This document shows, piece by piece, positions 39,460 to 53,050 of a DNA stretch of 64,000 nucleotides. Source of the stretch: Octopus vulgaris (taxonomy: Eukaryota). How positions within the stretch are numbered: the first letter of the stretch is position 1; each line of letters opens with the position of its first letter. The stretch spans positions 46,500,001 through 46,564,000 of the forward strand of contig OX597821.1 in NCBI GenBank assembly GCA_951406725.2. Direction: 5' to 3'. Made by a program: the position numbers and the translations under genes. The notes beneath the pieces are model-generated. The model did not search any database. It was given only the letters and a program-made list of their open reading frames with translations, and was not told the origin of the DNA.

Positions 39460-40920
39460 AAGATATATATCGATGGCACCGTAGATTTCAAGCACCACTA
39501 CCGTGCACACATATACTCTTTCACTAATCCAAACTCTAAACTATCTACATCCTTAGGAGCTTACATGAACAACCTCAAATCGCAAAATATTCCATACACC
39601 CTATCCTGGTTCTTAGTAAGTGAAGCTCCTCATACAAAGCAAATATTGGAAAGTGTAAGTTATGTCTAAAAGAATCGTTAACCATTCTACGCCTTCACAA
39701 CTCATTTCTCAATAAATTCTCTGATGTTATTTATTGTTGTAAACACAGCTACTACTCAACTTTCACGCACTTCGCTAAATCTATATAATCCTATAATAAG
39801 TTTCCATACTCCAAAAAACCTTAATCTATAACAATCTGGCAACTTACTACTTAATAGATACTAATCCCCACATCTTACTCCTTCCCATACACACAACTCA
39901 AATTTCTTCCAAACCTTCAAATCAACCACCTTCATTTTTTTGTTAGAACCCCATCCACCTCAACCTTAAATATTACTTAACAAAACACCACTCCTTAGAA
40001 AACTAGCCAATCTACCTCTACCCCCTTCCTGCCTACACATCTCTATTCAATTTCATACTCATTCTTTTATCACAACAGCCACCTCCATTACCAACCCAAT
40101 TCTTTTATCCCACTAACAACTACTTTTGACCACCTCTTCACCCCACCCTTAGCTATTGAACTAGTCAAATCATTTCCTCAAATTAATAACAAGCCATTTT
40201 CACTATCTAAACCTTTAACTCATACAAACTATCACAAAGGTCATCACTCACATACTACCTAAACCACACTTCCCCTTTCCTCCCATCTTCCATCTCTACT
40301 ACTATCACTAGACTCACTATCACTAGAATCACTAGCACTCGGCCAAGCAAAAGGTTTATAGTTTATAGGATAGTTACTTGGATCCATTATCGGGTAACAC
40401 TGCCTCCGTCTTCCCCCAAATTAATAACAAGCCATTATGACTATCTCAATCTTTAACTCTATAGGCTTCATACACACTATCACAAAGGTCATTATTCACA
40501 TACTACCTAAGCTACACTTTCCCTTTCCTCCCACCTTCCACCTCTACTACTATCATTAGACTCAATATTAACCCTAACCTTGAAATCTACTTTCTCCTCC
40601 ACTACTCTCTATCTAAACACTCCTATATCCCTTTCCTAACACACTTCGTTCACCACAAAATTATTTCATCTTTAACCTCCAGCCTGTCAGCTTCTCAAAT
40701 GTAAAATTCTCCAATGTAAAATTCTCTCCTGAAGATGGAAGTTATGTTATCCGATAATAGATCCAAGTAACTATCATTATTACAGACCCCCAAGTGCAAA
40801 AAATAGCTGTTGGTCTCGTAAAACTCTACTCATTTAACACTTGATATGATTTTTTTTATTTTGTAAGTTGGATTATTTGATATTCATACAAATGTACATT
40901 TTTTCTATTAAATTTATTTA
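39460..40920 (+). mobile_element. Penelope-like 3' fragment: GIY-YIG C-terminus plus C-rich 3' region with an internal ~140-bp duplication
   Basis: YIDGT.DFKHHYRAH..SF....KLSTSLGAYMNNLK...Y.LSW, then frameshift KCKLCLKESLTIL...LNK.SDV..CCKH. Duplication 40179-40316 / 40417-40564. CTGAAGA remnant at 40729. Confidence 0.75.
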
Positions 40921-40956
40921 GTAATCTCTGTAAATTAACTTGCCTAACTTGCTTCT

Positions 40957-41018
<62 letters not shown>

Positions 41019-41728
41019 TCATTTCAAAGTTGTAGTTGTTTCGACCTGAGACTATGTTGAAACTGACGTAATTACAAAGTGGAAAAATAAATAATTTCAG
41101 CCCTTTAAAATCACACAAAAGCTGTTATATTCACATTTCAGTTATCATGTAAGATGTCAATATTTTCCTCGCTCTGTGACCTGGTCAATGACTTAGTTTC
41201 ACTGTGAAACTGTTTCAGCGAACAGGGTGGGGTTCAGTAATGATGAAAATATGCAAGAAATATGAAAGGTGTATTTAACAGTTTTAGTATATTAATAAAT
41301 GGCTAAAATCTCCCATGATGTCATTGGACATCATTTTGTAATTTATTTGTTATTCTGTTATGCTGTCACTTATTTAGCAATTTTCTGGCATTTCCTTATT
41401 GATTTTGCTACTCTGATTCCTTATTATTTATTTAGATATTCTGAAATTCTCTTATTTATTTGCTTATTTTGATATTCAGATAATTATTGAGTCATTCTGT
41501 CATTCCCTCATTATCTGGTTCTGATATTCCGTCAACCATTTAGTTTCACTTTCATTGTCTTCTTTGTTTAATTAGCGCGTTATTCTGTAATTGATTTAGT
41601 TATTTAGATATTCTATCGATTATTTATCCCGCGATTTTCAATATTCTGATATTCACTTATTTAGTATCATATCATTGCCTTATTTATTCTGTTACAATCA
41701 CACATATACACATTTTTGCACATATATA

Positions 41729-42130
41729 GGCGCAGGAGTGGCTGTGTGGTAAGTAGCTTGTTTACCAACCACATGGTTACGGGTTCAGTCCCACTGCGTG
41801 GCACCTTGGGCAAGTGTCTTCTACTATAACCTCGGGCCGACCAAAGCCTTGTGAGTGGATTTGGTAGACGGAAACTGAAAAAAGCCCGTCGTATATATGT
41901 ATATATATATATGCGTGTGTGTGTTTGTGTGTCTGTGTTTGTCCCCCTAGCATTGCTTGACAACCGATGCTGGTGTGTTTATGTCCCCGTTACTTAGCGG
42001 TTCGGCAAAATAGACCGATAGAATAAGTACTGGGCTTATAAAAGAATAAGTCCCGGTGTCGAGTTGCTCGATTAAAGGCGGTGCTCCAGCATGGCCGCAG
42101 TCAAATGACTGAAACAAGTAAAAGAGTAAA
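41729..42130 (+). mobile_element. Family-B SINE, full length
   Basis: Near-identical to 23726-24129. Confidence 0.9.
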
Positions 42131-42704
42131 ATAGTATATATATATATATATATATATATGCATGTGTGTGTATGTATGTATGTATGTATGTATGTATGTG
42201 TGTGCGTATGTATATGTATATGTATATGTGCTTTTGTCTGTGCCTTTGACTGTGTTTGTAATACTGTAAGTGTATGTATGTGTACTTGTTTATTTTTTTG
42301 TTTTGATTCATTTGTTTCTTCTTATAGCAAACGAGTTGACGGGACTTTCTCGTTATGCGTATGCTGACCATTTATTTTAGTAATTTTTAAAGTATGGAGT
42401 GGGGAGACTGTTTACTTAGTTGTTGGGAAGAAAGCTCGTACAAACTGTGCGTCTGTGTCTATATCTGTAGATGTGCTGGTGATGAGTAGTAAGGACGAGC
42501 AGATAATGGTTCGGCCCTCCCCCCCACCGCAAAATGAAGGTTAAAAGACTTCTCTACAGACAAGATGGAGAGGAAAGAGTGAGACTTGGAAAAAAAGAGA
42601 GGGAGAGAAAAAGAGAGGTAGGAAAGGTGAGAGAAAAGAAACGCAAGATGGAAGAAGGAGAAACAAACAATGAGAGGTAGATATTAAAAATAAATGGATG
42701 GAGT

Positions 42705-42777
<73 letters not shown>

Positions 42778-43356
42778 TGAGAGAGAGGCAGAAGAAGTAA
42801 ACTATTGTAAGGTTCCGACTGATAAAATATTCGGAAGTTAGGGTGGGTTTATGTGCAATTTGTTGGTAGTGTCATGTTGGCTGCGAAGGAGTGGCTATAA
42901 TGATATTGATTATACCCACGTATTGCCGTTATTTAGACTTCTCGGCCTTCTTCAAGAAGACCAATGCATTTAAATTGTGACCTTCCCATTTCTTTTTTTT
43001 TCTTCTTATTCGAGAGTATATTTAAAAATGTCTTTTTTCAGGAAAGTAAGGTGTAATTGATGGAAAGTTTTCTGTTTGTCCAGATGGTTGAGCAATTATA
43101 TGGAGACATCCTCGAGAGCTTATGTTGTAGTCTCTTTGCTGTCTACTCTGAGCATATTTTCAAATGCTTTTCAAATCACTCCTAAACGTCATTAAATTCT
43201 GCTGGTGACTGTAACGCATGTGGTTAAGTTTAAAGTTGTTGGAAAACGACAGCTGTTGTTCCCTTGCGCTTATAATTGGAGCCGAACATGGAATCCCCAG
43301 CATTTTGGAAATAATGATGTAGCTGATATTTATTGTGTGCATTTCTTTTTGTAGAT

Positions 43357-44053
43357 CAGTGCTTCTCAACATTCTTGAGTTAAATAAACAAGCACTGGAC
43401 CAATTCGAATGGACACTTTCTGAAAAAGAATATCACTGCTTTAAAATTTCAAAATTTAGAAAAATCTAGAAAACGATTGCGTCCTTCATTTCATTATTCA
43501 TCTTCGCAAACAATAAAATTATAAATAATAACTTTTTTAAGACGATTGAACATAAATGTGAATTTGCTGAAATCTCTCTTTACTCTTTTACTCTTTTACT
43601 TTTACTTGTTTCAGTCAGTCGACTGCGGCCATGCTGGAGCATGCCTTTAGTCGAGCAACTCGACCCCGGGACTTATTCTTTGTAAGCCCAGTGCTTATTC
43701 TATCGGTCTCTTATGCCGAACCGCTAAGTAACGGGGACATAATCACACACCAGCATCGGTTGTCAAGCAACGTTAGGGGGACAAACACAGACACACAAAC
43801 ATACACGCACACATAAATATACATATATACATATATACGACGGGCTTCTTTCAGTTTCCGTCTACCAAATCCACTCACAAGGCTTTGGTCGGCCCGAGGC
43901 TATAGTAGAAGACACTTGCCCAAGGTGCCACGCAGTGGGACTGAACCCAGAACCATGTGGTTGGTAAGCAAACTACTTACCACACAGCCACTCCTGCGCC
44001 TATCATAACTTATTTGTTTCAAAAATCAGCGGCGTTCTGTTTGAGAACCCCTC
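43357..44053. mobile_element. Probable hAT (Charlie-like) MITE carrying an inserted SINE
   Basis: Ends CAGTGCTTCTCAA / TTGAGAACCCCTC; 8-bp flanks ttgtagat / atctagag resemble the NTCTAGAN target. Confidence 0.5.
43576..44000 (-). mobile_element. Family-B SINE, full length
   Basis: Reverse complement of 41729-42130. Confidence 0.9.
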
Positions 44054-44585
44054 ATCTAGAGTGATTGGGAGATATGGTTGTTGGTGTTGTGTCAGCAATC
44101 ACGATAGGTGTTGTGGTGCAAGTATTGTTGACGGTACATGCGTTGTGTCGTAGCTGTGACGTTGATGCTGGTAAGACAGTTGTTATGATGTTAGTAGAAT
44201 TTATAGAATTAGTGAAGTACTGGTGGAATGGAGGTTATTACTAACGGTTGTTGTCTTGACAACAGTGCTACAGTGTTTGCCGTATATCGCAGGAGTAAAT
44301 ATCGCTGGTTATGGTGATAATGATGATGGTAGTAGTCGTGGTAATAGCAGACATGAGCATCGGCGTTTGAGATGGAAATAGTAATATGATGATGGAAGTA
44401 ACGGTGTTATTACTATTGTAATTGATAATAATGGTAGCGAGGGTTGTAAGGATGGTAGAGCGTTGATGGCAGTAATGGTAATGGTGTTAGTAGGGGTGAT
44501 TTGTGTGTGATATTAATTGTGGGAAGATATAGCGGTAGCGATATTTACTGGCTATATTGATAGTAGTTATATTGACAAAGCTACC

Positions 44586-44632
<47 letters not shown>

Positions 44633-45473
44633 CAGCGGCAGCAGCAGCAGCAACAGCAGTAGTAGTGTATTTACGATGACATTATAATAATTTTGCTGTA
44701 AACAGATTCACTGATATTGTTTTTAGTAGTAGTCCTTTATTTTTTGATGTAGCGTTGGTGACAGTAATGGCGGGTAGAATTATTGTGGCAGTGGTGACGG
44801 TGGTAGTAGTTGTGATAGTGTTAATGGGTTGTGGTAGTTTGGGAGTAGTAATTTGTGGCAGTGGTGGTAGTGTGACGATAATGATTATGGCGTCATCGAG
44901 CCTGATGCGATAATGGTAAAAGTGGGGGTAAGCTATGATGATGATGATGATGATGATGATGATGGCATAGATGGGGGGAGGAAGATGGTCATGGATGGGG
45001 ATGAGGCTGGTTGCTGGGAGGGTTTTTAGTAGTGGAATGGTAGGGGGTTGTTCGCATATATTGGTTGAGCTGACGGCGGCAACAACGGATGGTATGATGG
45101 TGAAGAGAATGGGGCTGCTGGTGCTGGTATGTAGAATATAATAGGAAGAAAGTATTGAAAAAACTTAAAAGAAAATTGAAAAAGAGAAAACAATGGAAGA
45201 ATACTTAAAATATATTTAAAAAATCATTACTGATAGTAGTAGTGGCAGTGGTCATTATAGTGTTGCTATTAGTGAAAGCAGTAGTGGTGATAACGATACT
45301 ACGAGGCACTGAGTTTTGCTATAATCGTTGTTGTTGTTGTTGTTGTTGTTGGTAGTGGTAGTGCTAGAGATTAAAAGCAAAAATGATTTAAATATGAGAA
45401 CAAAAAGCGGGTGGGTGTAGCTTGTAGGAAAGGGGTGTGTTAATACTGCAAGTGAAGAAAGAGAAAGAACGAA

Positions 45474-45521
<48 letters not shown>

Positions 45522-45987
45522 GTGAGTGTGAGAGAGAGTAGCAGACAGACAGAGAGGCAGATAGACAAACAAGCAGACAGAGGCAGAGTGAAGCAGAGTT
45601 AAAGAATGGCAAATAAACTGACGTAGAAAACAGATCGATAGAACATGAAGCAAAGAAACATATACAGACACAATCAATTGTTATTGCCGACAAATGAAAC
45701 AACTCCAGCAGTATCAGCAGCAACAGCAGCAACAACAGAAGCAGCAGCAGCAGCAGTACTTTACTAATGTTCTTAGCTCCACGTAGTGCCAGACAGAAAG
45801 ACTAAACTATTAATCAGTTAAATTGGAAATTCTGGCATACTGAGCAATAGTAAACCACTGCTGTTGTTACACTGTTGCCATCGGTGTATCATATTAAATA
45901 TATGCAAACCATTCGAAGGCATGATGCTCGAGAATTGTTTGAAATAAAATCTCTTCATAGACTTGTGCTAAAGACACAATATATATC

Positions 45988-46206
45988 TATTTCTTTACTA
46001 CCCACAAGAGGCTAGACACAGAGGGTACAAACAAGGACAGACAAAGGGATTAAGTCGATTACATCGACCCCCAGTGCGTAACTGGTACTTAATTTATCGA
46101 CCCCGAAAGGATGACAGGCAAAGTCGACCTCGGCGGAATTTGAACTCAGACGAAATACGGCTACGCATTTCGCCCGGCGTGCTAACGTTTCTGCCTGCTC
46201 GCCGCC
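45988..46206 (-). mobile_element. Family-A SINE with 17-bp TSD
   Basis: TSD aaag(a/g)cacaatatatat at 45970-45986 and 46211-46227. Confidence 0.9.
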
Positions 46207-46426
46207 CTCAAAAGGCACAATATATATATCAGAGCAAGACGAACATCTTCGTTGCAGTGAATCATGAGAACGACGGATGCATTTCATTTTTTTTCTTGAG
46301 ACTTGTCTTTGCCGTGCAGTCGATTGTCACCTGCTTAAAAACGAAATTTGTGCTTCCTTATGTAGGAAACAGTGGGTTAAACATTCACTGATGTTGCCGA
46401 GATTTTCTACAGCCTGTCAGACTTCT

Positions 46427-46962
46427 CATTCATCATTGTTCGCCCGTGGTCGAGACAATGGAATTTACTATGTTACGCCAGACTTCACGGTCCATCATAG
46501 CATTACGGAGGTCCTGTTGCTGGATGCCTGTATCCCTGGAGATTACATCAGGGTAGGAGAGTGTGCGCCCTCTGGTATTGCGAGTAGATGGCTTCCAGAG
46601 GAGAAGAGTAGAAATTACTTCTTTTTCAGCTCTACAACAATGTCTAGCAAACTGGACTCTCCTACCTTTCACAAGAGATGACACAGGTGGTAGTTTCCCA
46701 TATATTTGCATTTTGGTTGGAAGTTGCTTCCACGAGAGATTTTGAGCTCTCATAAGGAGGCGAGTGTAGGTTCCATCCAACCGCCTCTCAAGCTTCTTTG
46801 ATAACGTCCAGGTTTCTGAGCCATATAGTAGAATTGGTTCGACTGTGGCTTTGAATATTTCAAGTTTGAAGTCTCTACTTAGATTTGATGACCAGATCTT
46901 ATGCATGTCATTACATCTTATGCATGTCATTACATCTTATGCATGTCATTACATCTTATGCA
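46427..46962 (-). mobile_element. Heavily 5'-truncated RTE-type LINE (C-terminus), different family from 13565-14671
   Basis: ORF 46433..46930: KIWSSNLSRDFKLEIFKATVEPILLYGSETWTL...RLDGTYTRLL. 12-bp TSD TGTCAGACTTCT at 46415-46426 and 46963-46974. Confidence 0.9.
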
Positions 46963-47445
46963 TGTCAGACTTCTACAATACCAAGGAATTGGCTGTTTCA
47001 TATGCATCGAGGCAGGAATTTAGTATAAGCTAGTGACAGTAGGGTGCACAACATTGACAAGTCTCAAGAAAGGAAAACACGTCTGTCATCATCGCAAGTC
47101 ACTGCGATATTCGTCTCACTCCAATACATATGTGTTTTTAACTAAAAAGTCTATGAAGAGATTTTACCCAAGGCAATTCCCCAGCATCATGCTCTTGGAC
47201 CGCCTCTATACATTTAACATGATTTAGAGGGAGCGATTTTAATTCAATGCTATTTCAGCTGCGTATACCAAGTATATTTTTATAGCTGTTTTATTCACTG
47301 TTGCTTATTATATCACAGCACGAATTTTGTTTAAGAGGGTGATTAGTCGGGTACATGATATTTTCAAGCTTAAAGAAGTTTAAAACTCATCTACCAGTTC
47401 TGTACGTCACTGCAGTTCCGTGTTCGTCTTGCTCCGATATATGAT

Positions 47446-47801
47446 GGAAGCACTCCGTCGGTTACGACGATGAGGGTTCCGGTTGATCCGACCAACGGAA
47501 CAGCCTGCTCGTGAAATTAACGTGTAAGTGGCTGAGCACTCCACATACACGTGTACCCTTAACGTAGTTCTCGGGGATATTCAGCGTGACACAGAGTGAC
47601 AAGACCGGCCCTTTGAAATACAGGTACAACAGAAACAGGAAGTAAGAGTGAGAGAAAGTTGTGGTGAAAGAGTACAGCAGGGATCACCACCATCCCCTGC
47701 CGGAGCCTCGTGGAGCTTTAGGTGTTTTCCGGTCTGGGAATCGACACCGCGATCCTACGACCGCGAGTCCGCTGCCCTAACCACTGGGCCATTGCGCCTC
47801 C
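47446..47801 (-). mobile_element. Family-C tRNA-derived SINE
   Basis: Minus-strand head GGAGGCGCAATGGCCCAGTGGTTAGGGCAGCGGACTCGCGGTCG...GTGTCGATTCCC (A and B boxes); tail shared with 5046-5184. Confidence 0.85.
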
Positions 47802-48977
47802 GCTCCAATATATATTGCACCTTTAAAACAATTTTATGAGAAGATTTTATCTTACACAATTCCACAGCATTATACCTTCTAACAGTCTGTATATACATTT
47901 AGTATGATACATAGATTGAGATACACACTCTTATTTACATATATTTATTTACGTGTGTGTGTAAGCATGTATATGTGTATATATTTGGGTGTCTGTGTAT
48001 GGCGGAGCGCGTATGTATATATGAATATATACATAAATGCCTACACATGCATGTACGTATCTTTATTATTTATTTAAGCTGACGAAGTGTTCATGTTAAA
48101 CTGGAAAGTTATGATAAAGAATGCTATATAATATCCCTCATATATTAGGAGAAAAGAAAAAGAAAATGGAAAGAAAGGAAAAACAAGTTCAAAGACAGAA
48201 TAGCTAAATATTTTTGTTGTTAAATCATTTTGTAGTCTTCATGAATCGGAAGATTTTATTCATAGTTGGTGAATTTTAAAAAATAAATTGCATCTCTAAG
48301 CTTGATAATCTTTTTTAAGACCTGAAGTCTTCTCATTCACTACTGCAATTTTTACACTGGAATAAGCGATGCGATAAGGTTTCTGAACAGTCTTCACGAG
48401 AATATAAATGTGATTCCATACGAACTGTTCGTGACAGAATATATATATAGTTGAATGGAATATAGTCTTTCAAAGTCAACACAATTTTCGTTTACTAACC
48501 TTGCTCAGTATCTGTTCTATTTTATACGTCGATAAATCTAAGATAATGGAGAAATAAAGTTTGATAGTGTCTCTTTTGATTCTTTCTAGTAGCTTTCCCT
48601 TCTTTGATAACAATGCTTTTGCTGACTGATTTAACTTGAGGCACTTACTTGCAGCATCTGCGAATGTTTTATTCCCTTTTCCTACATCAGAGACGACGAA
48701 TTCTCGTTCAAGTATTTTGCTGGCTGCATGCACGAACCTTTAAAAACGTCTGACAAAACCGAAATAATCTGGTTTTCTCGCTGATCGCTGCTGGAACAAA
48801 TTTTCCTCCCCCACTGATATTCATTGTGTTTTTAACATAACATTAGAGATTTTATTTCAGGACAAATACTATAGTAACCAGTTTATCAACAGTGTAAATA
48901 CATGAAGTATGATACACAGAAGGGTATTTTAATTTAATACTACTTTAATTGCATATACCAGATATATATATCCAGAT

Positions 48978-49096
48978 GATTCCGGACTCAGTCCTACTGC
49001 GTGGCACCTTGGGCAAGTGTCTTCTACAATGACCTCGGGCCGACCAAAGGTTTGTGAGTAAATTTGGTAGAAGGAAACTGAAAGAAGCCTGTCGTA

Positions 49097-49132
<36 letters not shown>

Positions 49133-49485
49133 TGTATGTATGTATGTATGTATGTATGTATGTATGTATATCAATGTTCAGTTGTTTTTCTAGATTTCTT
49201 GCCAATAGAGAAAGTGCCGGTTTCTTACCTAGATTCAAAGCTCCTTCATTGGAATGTATGCATGTATGTATGTGTATGTCTATATGTGTGTACCTTTGTG
49301 CTTGAGTTTATCTCAATCACCCCTTGATAACCGGTGTTGGTGTATTTACATCCCTGTATCTTAGTGGTTCGACCTAGGCTTAAATAAAAAATAATCGGGG
49401 GGGTTGATTTGTTCGACTAAAACCCTTCGAGGCACTGCACCAGCATTGCCGCAGTCAAATGGTTGAAACAAGTAAAAGAATAAAA

Positions 49486-49487
<2 letters not shown>
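48978..49487 (+). mobile_element. Family-B SINE, 5'-truncated and interrupted
   Basis: ctgcgtggcaccttgggcaagtgtcttctac at ~48997 and tail gccgcagtcaaatggttgaaacaagtaaaaga at ~49448. Confidence 0.8.
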
Positions 49488-49577
<90 letters not shown>

Positions 49578-50609
49578 ATTTATTTATGCAATCTATCTAT
49601 CTATCTATATATATATAATAGAAATATGTTACAAAAAGAAAATAGAAACTACAGGTGGAAATGTAAGGGGAAAGTAAGAAGAAAAATAAGCGATAATGCA
49701 CATTGTAAATCAAAAAAGTAAAGGCTTTTTAATGAAAAGTAACGATAGATATATACAATTAGATGAACTAAGGTAGGAATAAAAGTAATAGAAGTCATTA
49801 TTGTGAATTGTGAAAGAGATTCAAAAGCATACCGGTTTCGTGAACTTACTAATCATTGCTTTGAATGCACACCGATTACTGAACGGTGTCAGGTCTACTA
49901 GTCCCTGAGTAAAAAGAGTATGTATAAGGGAGGTAAGTAGTTCTGGATTTGGTGCAATTAGGGTAGATATAGATCTGTAACATGAATGATCTATGGGATG
50001 TATGGGGGTTAGTGTTATTAATTGAAAGGTTAGTAGTGTTCTGTATTATGTTATGTGTTCATATTGAGTTGTGGAAGATATTTATTGATGAAAGTTACCT
50101 CTTTATTCCTTCTTTGTTGTACTGAGGTATTCTATGAACATTGATAGAAGGGGAAAATTAGGAAATTAGGATTAAGATTCCTAGCACACCTTTCTATGTG
50201 TTCACTGACCTGTCAGTCTGTATTGTGGGTGGCGGATTTATTCTTTGTGAAGAGTGGTTCTTCGATGGAGTAATATTCCTGTTTGGCCAATATAATTATT
50301 ACCTGACTCTAAGAATATATATATCGTAACATATAATCGCTAGCCAAGTGTGGCGTCTTATACGGGTCAGTGCTACTGGCGTATATAGCCCCAGAAAGAC
50401 ATCTCTTCTAGCTGGCTAAGAACACACATTCTGTGTCCGATTAGTATTTGCGAGGGTAGGTCATCGTCCCGTCTCTAGCCTTACGTGATACACACGGACT
50501 TGTATTTCTAATCACTAACTAGTGATGAAAACTCATACCACTCGCTATATGCTTTTTCCTGCGACGAACCATCACCGATCTCGAAAAAGAAAAAATAAGC
50601 TATATTAAA

Positions 50610-50696
50610 TCTCTGAGCGAGATGTAAATAGTAGCAATACGTGAGTTCGTGTGTATCACGATTCCGTATTGCTACTGTTTACATCTCGCTCAGAGA
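50610..50696. repeat. 87-nt hairpin with 32-bp arms, abutting (TA)n
   Basis: tctctgagcgagatgtaaatagtagcaatacg / cgtattgctactgtttacatctcgctcagaga; one G-T pair; inner tcgtg/cacga stem. Confidence 0.9.
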
Positions 50697-50746
<50 letters not shown>

Positions 50747-50799
50747 TTGTGTGTGTGTGTGTGCGTGTGTGCGTGTGCGTGTGTATCTATCTATCTATA

Positions 50800-50850
<51 letters not shown>

Positions 50851-50898
50851 AAATATATATATTTATATATATATATATATTTATAGATAGATAGTTAG

Positions 50899-50947
<49 letters not shown>

Positions 50948-50975
50948 CATACATACATACATACATACATACATA

Positions 50976-53050
50976 CTTTTCACTCTCGAATCACCTGGTA
51001 TAGCAACATCTATTATCTTTACTTCTTTTTCAATTTTAGAGATGAACATGATATCTGGTCGTCTCGCCTCTATGACTTAGTCGCACTGCCTGTTAAGATC
51101 CTATTTTGTAATGTTCGTTTTCCATTACTCCCTCTGGCTTCTATTCATACCATTGTTCGGTTCTCTCGAAGTTTGCTTTACCGCACAACGGCCAGTGGAC
51201 ATATCTAGCCACATTGTCGTGTTTCCTTTTATATTCGCGTTGTGTGAGCTTATAGCACTCACTAGCAATACGGCTTATACTTTCTCCATTCTCAGAGCAC
51301 ATCCTACACTGTTTTTATCAATGTGATATTTGGAGTAGTTTGTTCTGAGAGTTTGTTCTTGAGCGTTGCACACTAATGCCTCGGTGGACCCTTTAAGTCT
51401 CCTTTCTTCAGCAATTGCCAGATTATATTCCAATCAATCTCATCCTTATTCTTTAAGAACTGGCTGTGCATTTTCTTGTCCTGCCAAATTTTCTTTATCT
51501 GCTCTCTCTGGTCTTTCTTAAATTGTGTTGGATCTACGGCTTCGTTCACTTTTAAGGTTCCCCGAATTTTCACTGATTCAATCATTTCTTCTTTACTCCC
51601 CTTGACATACCAAGCCAGAGTATTCTCCTCAAACCTTACACAAAATTCACAACACGCTAATCCCCGTCATCCTTCCTTCCTCTTAAACATAAAATCTTGA
51701 TACATCACTCTTGGGGTGCAGTTCCTTGTTCATTGTCATTAATTTACGTATTCTTTGGTCTATCTCTTGCAAATCATGCTTCTTCCAAGATACTATTCCT
51801 GCGCCGTATCTCATCAAAGCAGCAGACCACGTGTTAATTGCTCTAATCTTATAGCGGCCATTTAGCTTCGATTGGAGCACAAGCCGAGTTCTCCTCAAAA
51901 ACTCATTCCCGTACATTTCTTATCTCTTTCGATGATACCCGGGTATTTATATCCTTCCTCTTCGACTTCTTTTATAGTTTCACTACTTTTTAGCTTGATC
52001 CCAAGGCTTTTACTGATTTCCCTCCTTTTGAGAAACATAACACAGCATTTCTCGATCCCAAATTCATGCCGATATCTTTGCTAATCATCTGAACAGTTAC
52101 CGTCAAACTCCCAATTACTTTCTCAGTCCTAGCGAATAGCTTTAGGTCATCCATAATCCACAGGTTGTTTACTTTCACCCTGCCTAGCATGTACCCCTAA
52201 CACATCTTTCTTAAAACGTTTGTTAGTAGCAGTATGCAAGCAACAATTAGGAGAAGCGACAGACAGACTGTCTCCTTGAAAGATTCCTCTTTTGATATTT
52301 ACCTCTCCCAGCTTATCTTCCCATGCTGTGAGATCAGTTCGCCACGTTGTCATTGACTTTTGTATTAACTTCAGGATATTGTGTGAAACTTTAAGCAGTT
52401 TAAGGCATTCAATAATCCACGTGTGTGGGACTATGTCATATGCTTTCCTGTAGTCTATCCATGCTATCGCCAAATTTGTGTGTCTCTTCTTGCGATTAAC
52501 CAGGATAGTCTTATCGATTAGTAATTGATCCTTCGTTCCTCTGCTCCTACATCTACATCCTTTTTGTTCCACTGGTAGAAGCTCGTTCTCATCTAGATAC
52601 TTATAGATGTTATTTGATATGATGCCGGTCATCAGTTTCCACATCAGTGGCAAACAAGATATTGGTCGGAAATTTCCATCCGTATTCCATTTACTTGGGT
52701 CCTTCTGGCATAGTATCGTTCTCCCTTTTGTCATCCAGGCCGGTACTAGAATGTCACTACACAGTATTTCGTCCAGCTGTCTCGCAAATCTCCTGTGCAG
52801 AGCTGTAAAGTTTTAAAGCCCAAATCCCTGAACCCCATCTGGGCCAGGCGCTTTCCTCGGTTATTCTCAAATCCTCCTGCTGATACTCTCTACTCTCCTC
52901 TTTGAGTGTCTTTAACCACTCTGCTTTAGTTCCATGTTGTTTCTCCTGAGACCATATGTTTGGCCAGAATCTTTTGCTTTCTTCAGCATCTGGCACGGCT
53001 TTTACATCCTTTTCCTTACCATCCAGTTCTTGATAGACATTTTTGGGCTG
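50976..53050 (-). mobile_element. R4/Dong-clade LINE pseudogene (RT, zinc knuckle, restriction-like endonuclease)
   Basis: [72 protein letters not shown]...ES...EC, RRPDI...IIDVAIPGD; frameshifted. Confidence 0.9.

Noticed and set aside
44100-45130. GT-rich region resembling Thr/Pro/His-rich coding on the minus strand
   Set aside because: Degenerate trinucleotide low-complexity sequence (GTA/GTG/GAT) with no sustained ORF.
47730-47801. tRNA-like sequence (also SINE heads at 4581, 23726, 41729, 56161)
   Set aside because: No complete cloverleaf or acceptor stem, and each continues into a multi-copy SINE body.
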